A stretch of 64,000 nt of DNA, taken from NCBI RefSeq assembly GCF_006345805.1, contig NC_043013.1, positions 32,550,001 through 32,614,000 of the forward strand, written 5' to 3'. The notes beneath the pieces were generated by a model that saw nothing but the letters and a program-made list of their open reading frames with translations, was not told the origin of the DNA and made no database searches. Each line of letters opens with the position of its first letter. The stretch's first letter is position 1. Shown here piece after piece: positions 1-12,500 of this stretch. The position numbers were made by a program, and so were the translations under genes. The stretch comes from Octopus sinensis. Lineage: Eukaryota.

Positions 1-761
1 ATATATATAGTAAAATAAGGATTCAGATAGAATGTACCTCTGTGCAGTGGTGCAATGGAAACTTTAACACACATGAAACAAACATTCTGGGGCTGCATTT
101 GTCAGGTCAGTGACTTAATCAAAGACTACGTTGAAACTAAAGCAACATCACAGACAAAGCCATTTAATAACACACAAAATCCGTTAAATGTACTTCCAAT
201 TTATTTCATGTGTGTTAAAGTTTCCATCGCACCACTGCACACCTGGTCACTGACACAGTCCCACTCATGAAACAAATTTAGATTTGAAGGGAATTCAACA
301 GCCTTTATCATTTTCATCATTTAGTGTCTGTTTTCCATGCTGGCAGGGATTGGCTGGTTTGACAGGATCCAAAAAGATGCAGAGTTGCATCAACTCCTAA
401 TGTCATCTTTGGCATGATTTCCATGGCTTTTGGATACCCACTTCCAAACACCAACCACTTTACAGTCTATATTTGGAGCCTTTTTGATGACACCAGCACA
501 AGTGAGGTCACCAAACAACTTGCAAACTGTTCCACAATGCAAACACCATAATTTTCTGTTTTTTTATGTTTCTAAATGGGAGACATATTTTAATTTTAAT
601 CTTTAAACACTCCATATAATTATGGCTGCTACTTTTTTCAGGTATATTTTCTACCCGCAAATAATTCTATACCTGGACTTGATACTTTTTTAATAATCTA
701 AAGTAATGATTCTTAACTTTCATTTTTTTAGTGTACCACCCCTTCTTCCTCACCTTTTAAG

Positions 762-1103
762 TACCATATTTGATGGCCTATAAGACGCACCTTTTTTACC
801 CAAAAATGGCTTCAAAAATCCTCCTGCATCCAATGGCTCAAAACTTACGACTGTTGGCCGAAATTATACATCAGAGGTTACAAAACGTGTGCTGCCATCT
901 ATTGGTGAACAATCACCTACGGTACATTTGTATTGAATGTGGATGCAATAAATTCCTTATAATTACCAGTAATAACATAAAGCTATACAGGTAAGTGGAG
1001 GAATTAAAACATTATTTTAGTGGTAATTTATTTTACAAAAGTATAGCCTAGGCTAGAGTGCATCCTATGCACTCGTGCGTCTTATAGGCCATCATATACA
1101 GTA
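762..1103. mobile_element. Non-autonomous Tc1/mariner-pogo (Tigger-like) MITE
   Basis: Terminal inverted repeats ccatatttgatggcctataagacgcac (764-790) and gtgcgtcttataggccatcatatacag (~1075-1101), flanked by TA dinucleotides. The TATAAGACGCAC core is typical of pogo-type ends. Confidence 0.7.
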
Positions 1104-1344
1104 ATTGTTATGCCTGGTGCCCACCAAAATGGTGAATAAAGTATCACAACAAAACTAACTTAGCATGGATGACATCTTGTGAATTTTAATCTAAAAGTGG
1201 ATTGTTTAAGCTTTTAACAATGAAATGTTAAGAAATTTATAAAGACAAAAGTTGTCGATTTATTTTATACATTGCAAGTTAATTACTTCCCTGTGCCTAA
1301 TGAGATTTAATTTTATTTTAATACCATCATTACTGGTGTAATCA

Positions 1345-1730
1345 TGTACTAGCACCGGTGTTGCTCGGATTTGTTTCAACCCTTTAGAATTGGAATTTTT
1401 GAAAAGTAAAAATTTTGCATTATGTAGCTTGTTATTCTCTTTAAGTGAACATTTTTCTGGTTGAAATACACCGAAAAAATGGCAACACAGCAGTCAAAAA
1501 ATTGTAAAAAATAGGGATTTTCATAGAAAAAAAGCACCTTTTTGATGTAAATAATTTTTGGTGTTAACATGGTCCGATTTGAATGTTTTCTTCTACAGAA
1601 GGAAGAGCAAACCTTCTTCTATCATACTCTCAACTTTGGTCAACTTGCGACACAGGGTCTCGGGGGAGATAGTGTTAGTTGAAGGCTACCAAACCTGCCA
1701 TACACAGACAACTTCAGTTTTATATATAGA
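1345..1730. mobile_element. Probable non-autonomous Helitron/Helentron-like repeat
   Basis: Begins actagcaccggtgttgctcgg and ends ttttatatatag, end signatures I recall from a common octopus repeat. No coding capacity. Confidence 0.3.
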
Positions 1731-1779
1731 GAGATAATATAATTACTACTATAGGTAAAATTTAGCATGTTAATTATAT

Positions 1780-2270
1780 TCTTTTCTACTCTAGGCACAA
1801 GGCCTGAAATTTTGGGAAGGGGGCTAGTCGATTAGATCAACCCCAGTACACAACTGGTACTTAGTTTATTGACCACGGAAGGATGAAAGGCAAAGTCGAC
1901 CTCGGCGGAATTTGAACGCAGAACGTAGAGACAGAGGAAATGCCACTAAGCATTTCACCCGGCATGCTAAAGTTTCTGCCAACTCGCAGCCTTTAGCATG
2001 TTAATTATTTTACCTCACAAACCCCTAAAGCCTGTTAATTATATTTATTTCTTTACTGCCCACAAGGGGCTAAACATAGAGGGGACAAACAAAGGGATTA
2101 AGTCGATTACATCAACCCCAGTGCAAAAATGGTGCTTTATTTATCGACCCCAAAAGGATGAAAGGCAAAGTCGACCTCGGCGGAATTTGAACTCACAATG
2201 TAACGACAGACGAAATACCGCTAAGCATTTCGCCCGACACGCTAACGTTTCTGCCAGCTCGCCACCTCTA
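1780..2270 (-). mobile_element. Two tandem/nested tRNA-derived SINE copies (family A)
   Basis: The core ggatgaaaggcaaagtcgacctcggcggaatttgaact occurs twice. The minus strand carries a B-box-like GAGTTCAAATTCC. The same core recurs at ~5780-5980, 25870-26035, 26250-26380, 37400-37930, 43700-43905 and 48840-49035. Confidence 0.85.
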
Positions 2271-3155
2271 AATTATATTACCTGTTAATTATATTACCTC
2301 ACCAACCCCCTTCAACATGCCTGGTGTTCCCTTTAAGCTGAAGCAAAGAGCACAAAATAATTGAAATTTCCTACACAGAGACACATCCATAAACTTGTTG
2401 ACTTTAACTGAAATTACTTTGATCCTTACTGAAAATAAATACAGTCAATAAATGTAGTTTATCCCTAGGGTCAACCCAGATCAAACAAATTAAATTAAGT
2501 ATACACTTCACAAAAGCAGAAAACCAACAAACAATAAAAGTCACTTGGTCTTTTTATATAGAAGATAATATCATACATGTATATTATATGAAATAAATAT
2601 ATATAAGATGCAAAAAATTTACAATGATAACAATTCAATAAAAAGTTGAATTGTTCAAACCAAGTTTTCAGTAAAATAGAAAAATTTTTAAATCAATGAA
2701 AAAATATTAATATAATTGTTCAACAAGATAATGTTGCTAGACATTACAGAATACCAGTCTGAGATATGACAGCTCAGCTGTTCTAACCTATCTCAGATCA
2801 GTGCTTTTAAATTTCAATATTATTTACAATTTAACCGACAGGCTTTCGTCTCAATATTAAAAACTATACAATTATATATTCACATTTGAGTAAGTACATG
2901 TTACTTTGTTTTGTTTGTGTATGTGTTATTTGGCTTGTTTTTAGCCAACATAGTTAAGTCCAAGGCGAAGCCCAACCTTCATATATATATATATATATTA
3001 TATATATATATATAGTGAAACAGAGTGGATTGATTAGAGTTAGGCTAAAATATTTGGTGAGGTATCACCAGGAAAATGTCCAGCAGAATATCACCTGATG
3101 AAATAGATAGTTCTGTAACAATACAAAAATAAGTTATTTGAAAAAAACCACATTA

Positions 3156-3382
3156 TTAACCCTTTAGTGTTTAAACCGGCCATATCCAGCCCAAATATTC
3201 TACATGTTTTATATTTGAACTAGCCATATCTAACCTCTCACACCTAACCTACATTGACATTCGAAAAATAAGCAATCACATCATTGAAACCTCAAAGCTC
3301 TAAGACAATGCTTGAGTAATTCAAAACAATTTGATGGAAAAGTATTACATTTAACAGAATAATATGAACACTAAAGGGTTAA
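3156..3382. mobile_element. piggyBac-like MITE
   Basis: TTAA|CCCTTTAG ... CTAAAGGG|TTAA: TTAA target duplication with CCC/GGG ends. Related copies at 44070-44286, 48811-49329 and 49485-49704. Confidence 0.75.
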
Positions 3383-3424
3383 AACATGTATAAGTGATAC
3401 TCTGAACAAATCGATTTGTTGTTT

Positions 3425-3426
3425 TA

Positions 3427-3476
<50 letters not shown>

Positions 3477-3488
3477 AGAGAGAGAGTG
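3425..3488. repeat. (TA)n/(GA)n microsatellite
   Basis: Directly visible dinucleotide runs. Similar (TA)n at 2981-3013, 18343-18392, 36749-36772 and 56760-56805. Confidence 0.95.
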
Positions 3489-4240
3489 CAATTAGATAAG
3501 AGAAGTGAAGTGAGAGAATAAATGCTTATTCCATTAGTTTACAGCTGTTTCATAATTTCTGTTAGTTACACAATCAACATTACATCACCTTTCACAGATA
3601 AGTAAAATTTACATATAAATATATGTGTACACCCATATATGTAAACGTGCTGTAATCTAACTAACAGATTACCCTTCAGAACAGGTTTTTAAACGTTGCA
3701 GGTTAAAACATCAGCTCTGCTACGAATAGCAAGTTGTCTCATTATATAACACAGACAATAAACGTATTTGGCAGGCTACCATTTATGGCTTGCTTTAACC
3801 CTGTCACACATATCCCTGCTGTAGCAGGAATAAGTTGAATGTCATCTCTGCCAGATTCCCAGTAAAGTGGTAATGAACAACACATGAAGAAAAAGAATAG
3901 GCAGCCAATTCTGTCCATTAATTTACTGCAAGGGTTACTCTTTGAGTTGCAGATGCAACTATCTAGGTTTTTTTTTTTTTTTTTTTTGCTCGGGAGCCCA
4001 AAAAGGTAAAGTTAGACACAGGGGCTCAGGTCTGAGAGGGTTAAGGAAGCAATCCAAATTAACCCTTTACACTATAGCTAGTTATAGCTAATTATAATAT
4101 ATATAATTATAATAGTCCTAAATACAGAATTTCAAACGTGTTACTTGACTGTGTTAGACAAGAGTGGGGTGCAGCTATCTGTTGTTGATGGTTGATCGTT
4201 TATAAGGTTTATTCTAAGATTCTCATGTGATATAAAGGAA

Positions 4241-4251
4241 TAATAATAATG

Positions 4252-4320
<69 letters not shown>

Positions 4321-4890
4321 GCCCTGATGCAGTACCAGGCAGTGGCTCTCATGGCTTCTGATCTTAACTGATTGGAAGTGTTATCATGTACATGGTTTTG
4401 TCTTGGTATAAAAGATGGGCTACAGCAAATATTCTGCTCAGTACCTTAACCAGTTGAGCATGTCCCTTAGTGGCTGACGATATGTGTATCTCTGATCACA
4501 AGCAGAAGTAGTGGGGGAGCATCATAACCATGTGTTGAGAGGAATTCTTTGGGGTTTGAATAATTCACCCTTGGAAACATGAGTGTTTCGTTCAACAGCC
4601 TTAAACAAACCTTATTCAGGGACCTTTTGAGCGGGATGAGTTACTCGACCAAAAGAGAATTCTTACTGGGCCCCACCTCCAAGATCATGTGCTGTTTATC
4701 TTGATATGAGATCACCATGTCGCGCACATATGGTTGTGATGCATGTGCCTGGTGTACCCTTATCATTCAAGTAGTCATGATGGGTATACTGGGCTTGATA
4801 TATTTTACCCCAGTGTCACTTTCATGGCATGCACTGCTCTCTCACTCAATAATAATAATAATAATAATAATAATGATAATAATAATAGTG
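4241..4890. mobile_element. ~530-bp non-coding interspersed element inserted in an (AAT)n microsatellite
   Basis: Block 4319-4848 (aaatgccctgatgcagtacc...ctctcactc) is flanked on both sides by long (AAT)n runs. I recognise it as a common octopus repeat. Confidence 0.65.
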
Positions 4891-5980
4891 ATACAAGCTG
4901 GTCTTTTAGAATTCATGTCCTTTGTTTCTTAGCTACCTCAACAGAAGTACAGATGCTGTCCCAACAAAAGGCAGTATTACTTAAAAGTTTGGATCATGTA
5001 TCATTAAAAGTATCAGAGACAGAGACAGATGGTTATTGAAGCAGAGCAACTCAGCAAAATGGTTCTGTAAGAAATCAACTCTTCAGATAAAGTCATAAAT
5101 AAAATTAGAAAGTAAAAAAAAAAAAAAAGAAAGAAAACATTTGCAGTTTTCTGGCTGGCTTTTTTTTTTTTGTTCTTTTAAATAAAGTTAATTTTGTATG
5201 AGATTCATCTGTTGTTTGTTTTGTCTTTTGGGTTTTTTTCTTCATTTATTTTTCTTTTTTCCTTCTTTGTTTTTAAATATTTCTCCCAATATTAGAAATT
5301 GCTTTCAAGAATTCACAGGACAGCTTAATATCAAAATATCAATGTTTTGTAAAGGTGAAAAGGTGTTAAAAGAAAGAAAAAAATCCGTTAAATCCACTTC
5401 AGTATATTACCTGTACAGTTTTTGGGGGGAGTGTTTTTTTTTTTTTTACTCCAGTTAAATGAAAGGCAAAGTTTTTATGTTGGCAGGATTTGAACTCAGA
5501 AGGTAGATGAAAGAGGCTTAATACTGCAAAGACATCCAATCTAATGCTCTGCTAGTTCTGTCAATTCATAGGTTTTTTTTCTTCTAATAATCGTTCAATC
5601 ACGGACAGCAGTCTTCCGTTTTCCATTACTGTAATCTTGCTCCAGGAAGTTTCTTTTTATGTACAAATGTTCAAATCAAACACCAAACACATCGACCTCA
5701 TCAGTTTTGAAGAACCATTAAAGGTTACAGGCACTATTTTTTTCTCAAATAATAATAATAATAATAATGGTTTCAAATTTTTCCGCAAGAGAAGCCACTT
5801 TGGGGCGGGGGGGGGTCGATTACATTGACCCCAGTTTTCAACTGGTACTCAATTTATCGACTCCGAAAGGATGAAAGGCAAAGTCGACCTCGGCGGAATT
5901 TGAACTCAATATAGCAGCTGACAAAATACCGCTAAGCATTTTGCCCAATGTGCTAACGATTCTGCTAGTTCGCTGCCTTA

Positions 5981-6026
<46 letters not shown>

Positions 6027-6541
6027 GCTTGAAATTTGGTACAAGATCAGCAATTTTAAGGGAAGGTGTACGCCAATTACATCAATCTCAATATTCAACT
6101 GGTACTTATTTTATGGATATAAACACACAAAATAATAATAATGATATTAATAATGATAATAATAATAAAAGAATTTTTAAATATATCCAGCAATACAGAA
6201 TACTTGCAGTTAGATCTTTTTGCTATTTCACATTAATAGCTAGTCAAGTGAATGAAACTGGCTGTTTTCCATTGTGGATATTGGTATTGGGTTGTTTTTT
6301 GGGGTGTTTTTGAGGCATTTGTCAGAATCTTGATAGACACCTTTTCTGTCTGCTAAGCATTCAGTTGTGAACCAGGAGAGGTATAGAATGATGCAAGCAG
6401 TGTTATGTTATTGAACTCAGAGAGGTTTAGATGAATATCTGTCTGTAATGGTCAGGTTTGAACCTATCAAACAGTTAATGTGCTGCAGCATTCTGATCAA
6501 AAAATGGTAAACAAATTCTGAAACAGTGAAAAAAAAGTGTC

Positions 6542-9500
6542 TCATATTCCATCCTGAAATGATATTTCTTCTATGTCTTCATCATCCCAGATTTCTCCTG
6601 GACTCGGTATCGTTACCGGTATTCTATGAGGTATAAGTGGAGGTCGTGGCAGACTCTGAGCGTCTTTTATGCCATCGCCATCACCAAGTAGAGTATTATG
6701 GACATCTGACTCTACAGAAGCATCAACATGCTGGCTTTCACTATATGAAGCATTGTCAGAAACAACGGGATCAATTCCTGTGTATTGGCTGAAACGAACA
6801 GATTTGGACCCCATCAGGTCAGTGGGTTGCATAAAACTCTGTTGTGAGGGCAACGGGTGACCAACAGTTGTGATAGGGGCTTTTGGTTGAAAAAACCCAT
6901 TCTGCAACAAATTTTGTACCACAGGAGTTTGGTCCTGTTGTATTTCCAATCCTAATTCTGATTTTGTAGCTGTTGCATCTTCATCAGGGGTCAACCCAAC
7001 AAAGATCACTCGAGAATTTGTTTTGTTTTTATCACTAGAATATATATGCGATTGTCTAGAAGAAGAAGATTGCTGAGGTAAAACTGTTTTAGCCATTTTA
7101 TTGGAATTGTCAGGCTTCACGTTTGTTGAGGCTGCTGCAACATAATCAGAAGATGTCTCGCAAGTGGCTTGACCAATTTCTGAACTGGACAATACCCATT
7201 CTCCAGGACTTCTTTGACCCCCTGCATCAGCATCAGTGTTGCCTGGGATCATTTCAGGAATGTGAGGTGGATTCAAAGTGGTCTGCCTCATATTCAAAAT
7301 GAGTTGTAAGAGTGGATCTTTCTCAGGTGGAACTCGCTGCTGGAGAACAAATTCTCCATCACTGTAAGTGATATCAGCCGTGTCTTCGCGAGTTAACTCG
7401 TTTGAGTCCTTCAATGTGCTGGGGTTGCTGACATCGGCAAGAATACGTTTGTAGACACCATCATTGACCGTATATAGTGCTGCTTGCCCTTCACTCTGAC
7501 TCAGCAGCCACTGGCCATCAGAGAGACTCTCAAGTGCAGTATTGCTACTGCTGCTCCCTGGTGACAGTGACTCACTGCTCACCTTGTCAGATAAAGGTGA
7601 AGAATCAGTTGCAACTTCATTGTCTGTTCCAAGAGTTTCTTCTACATCGTTGTCATTGTCAGCATCAAATTTAGGTGCCAAATTTAGTCCTTCAAGTGAA
7701 GCAATTGTGAAATTTTCTCCAAGCTCTTTTACTTGTTCGCCAGTTATTTTCTCAGAAGAATCAGATTCCTCAGGTGAGAAGAGAGATCTGGTGGGGCCTT
7801 TTCCTGTCCCAGAAGTTTGGAACTGAGCAATAAAAGACGGAGGTGGGGTCGTTGTGTGTGAAGATGAAAATTGCAATGATGCTGTTGTTTGTGATGTTGT
7901 TGATGTTGTTTTGTGAGGTTTCAGAGGTTGCAGTAGTGATTGTGATGCTGGCTGTTGTTGTTGTGGTGGTGGTGGTGGTGTTTCTGGTGGTGGAGATGAT
8001 GGTGATGACTGTGATGGTAGAAATTGCGGTGGTGATTGCGATGGAGGAAATTGTGGCGGTAATGATGGCGTTATAAATTGATCTTTCTCTTCGGTGTTTG
8101 TTTCGTTCAAAGATTTCGAAGTTATTTCGACCAATTTAACGTGTCTAACAGGAGACCGGACACGAGTGTCTGGCGGAATATAGATAGATTCCATTTTGTC
8201 AATCCGCAATTTAGCAAGAGTTGCTTCCCTTCTTCTCCTCTGTACCTCTTCGACACGTTCTGCTGCAGACTGCCGTCTTGTATCACTACCCAAAACGTTC
8301 ACAGCATCTTGTGCCACGACACTTATACAGCGCTGCATTGCAGGTGCTTTAGTGTCTTGTACTTTACTTGTTGATGGTTGAATTACAAAACTACTGAACG
8401 GTTGTACGGGACTTTTCGAACTTTGCATTGAGACTGCATTTGTATTTTGCACCGCACCATCATCAGAGCGGGTTATTACAGATGTGTTAATAGGCTGCAC
8501 TATATTTTCGGTTAAGTCTTTTGCTGCGTCTTTCTTAGAATCTTTGGCAGAATTTGGACTATAAATTTTCATTGGAACTTCATCTGGATTTTCACCAGTT
8601 GTAGTTTCTTGTGCACCAGTTTTCTTTTCTTGTTCTACAGAATTTTTGTTTAAATTTAATGAATTGATTTCATTAGCGGAATAGCTTGCAGCTTCATTTA
8701 TTAATGAGTTGCTACCATCTTGATTTATCATGGTTTCAGACTCCTGAGGAATGGCAGTGTCTACAGGAACTGATTCTTTGACAGAAGTAGGCTGCAGAGG
8801 CTGAGAAATAACTGCACTTTCGGGCGTTTTATCAGTAAAATGTGAATTTTTGTCTTTCAAAACTAACTCATTTAATAATAAACTTGTTTGACAAACTGCA
8901 TCATGTTTCAATGAGGAAGATTCGTTTGGTTTTGTTTGACAAATTTCACCTTTTTCAAATTGATTAGGCGAAGCTGGTTTTGGAGATTTGTGTGAAGTCA
9001 ATACATTTAAAGCATAGTCATTTGCTAAGATTGTGCCAACTTTATCAGCAAGAATTTCCTCAATTAGTTCAGACATTATCAAAGAATCCTCAGAGACTGA
9101 AGCTTTTACTTTAGGGATACATTCTTTGTCACCTTTATTTTCTGCTGAAAAATTCTTCTTCAAATAATCAACTGCAGAATTAGCAGTTACTTGGTCGCTG
9201 GAGATTATCTGTGACAAAATTTCTTGTTCCACTAACTGAATAATTTCATTTAAATCTTCTTCTTGTTGAATTGATTCAGCATCAATAGGCATTCTTTGAG
9301 ATGTTGCTAACGTAGCCGCTATTTTATGGTTTCTAGTTAACATTAGTTCTGATGTTAAGCCAGTTAATACTTCTAACGGTTGTGGCAACACCCGATTGTT
9401 GTTATTATTATCAGCTAATGATTCACGAGTTTCTTTGGTTTTAGACTTGACAACAATTACCTCAACATCATTTTCTGCTTCAACAATATCAGAACATTCA

Positions 9501-12500
9501 CTTAAACTCTCACAGGGTATTTCCTCTTCATTATCAGTGCTTCCAGCAATCGTAACCAATTTCTCAAAAGATGTATTCAGAACATTTTTATCTTGACTGT
9601 CCGTAGTAAAATTCACATTCTTTACAACCTTGTCTTTGGTCAGTTTCCCAACAATATCAACAGATGGTAAGTCCTGCTTACTCAATACGGTTTTTTTCTT
9701 TGCAGGTTTTGCTTCATTTACAAAAGGAACAGTACAGAGGACAACATTTTCTGCAGAAACAACTTTAGGCTGGTCCTGCGGAGCAACAACTACAGAACTA
9801 CCAGGCCTAACTGTAATAGCATGAGTTAACCCAGAGTCCATTCTAGGCTCTCTTAAGGATACAGCCATATAACCTAAATGGCCTGGTACCAAACTTGAAT
9901 TCTGTAAATAGTTAGGATTATTGCTAGGTTTGCTAGCAAAGAAATATTTTTTGTCATCAGCCACGATTCCAGTACCTTTTTCAACAGTTTTCTTTACTTC
10001 TTCCACTGTTTGAACTTTGGTAGATTTTTTTTGTATTCCTTTAACATCCACCATAGCTTTTGGTTGAGTTACTTTTGTCTGTGGTTTATTTCTGATGTGT
10101 AAGTAAGGCTCCCGAACAGTAGTTCTTTTATTTTGGTAAGTAGCTTTACCAAATACTTGCGTAAGATATTCTTGGTCTTGGTACAAGACATTTAGGTTTT
10201 TATTTGAACTTTGAGGGGCTTTTTCCTTTGTTTTAACAATAACTTTTGGTTGTTTCTGTCTGGAACCACTTAAATCTTCAGAGTCTTTTTTCTTCCCTAA
10301 TTTATTCACTTTGGTGGCAGGATTTGAGCAAGAAAGTTTATTGAAAGTAGCTTCTTCCATTGAGAGTTCTTTCTGAATATCTATCTGCATTTTGGCAATA
10401 CATTGGTCAACTTTTCGTTTCATTTGGTAAGTTTGAGATACTGGGCTGCTTTGATAAAGATTATCCACAATATTATAAACAGCATCCTTCTTGTAATCTC
10501 GTTCTAAATTCTTTAAGTTTTCTTCCAGAAACATCCGACTAGTCTGAGCACGTTGAAGAATTTCTTGCCCAGCAACAAGTTCAGCTGAAGGAGCAGTTGG
10601 TTTTAGGTCGGCATAAATTTTATCTGATGTGAAAAGTTGAGTCTTCAGAGGCGAGTCTAGAAGATATTTCTCAAGAGGAGCTGCTGACTGTGAAGAAGTA
10701 GACCATTTCTTAGAATTACCGTTTTGATTTTGAATTTTATTAAACTCCTTTTCATCGTGCTGTAAATCGGGAGAAGAAGAAATAACATAACTAGTGTTCA
10801 GAATTGCTGGTGCAGGAACAGACTGTTTCTTAGGAATGCGTTTAGCTTTGGAAGTTTCTCGGACTGCATACGGTTCCTTAGAATAAGGATTAGAGGTAAA
10901 AGTTTTTAGATAAGAGTATTTCAAAGGGAGCTCTTTAGCAGATTGTTTCTCAGTTACAGATGTTGGTTTCTGTATATATTTGTTGATTTCTTTAATAACA
11001 AGTTTTTCTTCGTCTACATTCGATTGATATTTCTTGTTTCTATTGGGTCTAGAATTCTGGAATTTGGATGTGGAACTCACCGAACTCACAGTTTTGTTTG
11101 GCTTGGAAGTAGATTTGCTTTCCTTGCCATTCACAATGTTTGTCTTTACATTTGATGCCTTGCGGGTTGTGCTGAGAGGATTATTTGAATTTACTTTGGG
11201 TTTTATGGAAGGAGCAGATGTATCTTTAGAATTACCTCTCAATGCACTTTTTGATGATGACTTCTCAATATGATGTTCCTTTTTTGGATTTTTAGCATGT
11301 TTATCTTCAGGAGCTACAAAAAGGGGTTTAGGGAAACTTCTTACATCTTTATCTGTACTGATAGAAAAATCTAGTGATTCTAAAGAATCAGATTCTTTAG
11401 ACATTTCAATATCATTTTTTGAATGTTGCACATTTTTAGATCTGTAATGTAATGGTTCCATATTCTCTTCATTCTCTTCAATTTTTTGTTGAACATTGTC
11501 AGGAACATGACCAAACATTTTCTCAAAACTTTTTGCGACATTTAGAAAGTTGGTTTGCATACCAAACATCTGCTTTTGCAAAAGTTCTAAAGAATTCATT
11601 CGATCCTTTGTCACTTGGCTAAGTTGACTCTCCAGCTTCTGGAGCTTTCCTTCCTTCTCCATTTCATGTTTCTGTAGAAATATCTGCTGTTCTAAAGAAT
11701 TCATCTTATCCAATAGAGTCATCAACTGAGCCTCTAATCTGTTATGCGACGCCAATAAAGGATGAGCTGAAAACGCAGCGGCAGTGGCCGCGGCAACGGT
11801 GCTGAGTGTTTTTTGCATGGAAGCAGTTCCACGACAAGGACAGCAATCCTTCTGCTCTGGTTCCTTATCTGGATTTGTGCTTTCTTTCTGTCTGACAGCA
11901 GGAATTTCATCTTCTCCAACTGATTTATCTTCCAATTGCTCTACAGCTGCTTTCTCTTCAACAGGGGATGTTTTACTGGCAGAAATATCATTTGGTAAAT
12001 CCGAATTAATTACTTCTAAATCTAACGCATTTGCAATTACTTTTTCAGGAATTTGGTTTGGAGGATCAACGGTGTTTTCCTCTTCTTTATTATAGCAACA
12101 TTCAGGTTCCACTTCCTCAGTTAACTGGTTATCAAGCTGATCCGAATTCAAAGCAGGAACCATTTCCTCTTCAAAATTATGTTGCAATTGTAGCTCAAAA
12201 CTTTCAGGCTCTTTTGTGATAACGGTAATTATTTCTGGTTGTTTGTGTTGCACTGATGGTACAGATATTTCTGGATTGTTATCTGAACGGATGTTTTCTT
12301 TGAACACAGAGAAATTCTCCAAGCTACCAAGATCAGCAGGCTTTGGGAAAGATGGCGTAGTCAGTTTCGAAGCTGTTTTTCTGTGAGGACTGTGTTTTTC
12401 AACAACAACTTGCTTCCTCATACCATTACACAGAGAATGACACGAAAACTTACTGGTCAGTGTACCTGGAACTTTGGTTAAACTTCTGCCAACCTGTGTT

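Noticed and set aside
770-994. 74-aa ORF ending at a consensus AG|GTAAGT donor
   Set aside because: It lies inside a pogo-type MITE bounded by TIRs and TA duplications, and no recognisable protein results. Exonisation cannot be fully excluded.
4319-4848. Self-cleaving ribozyme in the TAA-flanked element
   Set aside because: I could not assemble a hammerhead core (CUGANGA...GAAA with flanking stems) or an HDV P1-P4 fold by eye. This needs a covariance-model search.
6669-12219. Multiple plus-strand ORFs overlapping TALPID3
   Set aside because: Antisense shadows of a long coding exon, with no independent start or splice evidence.
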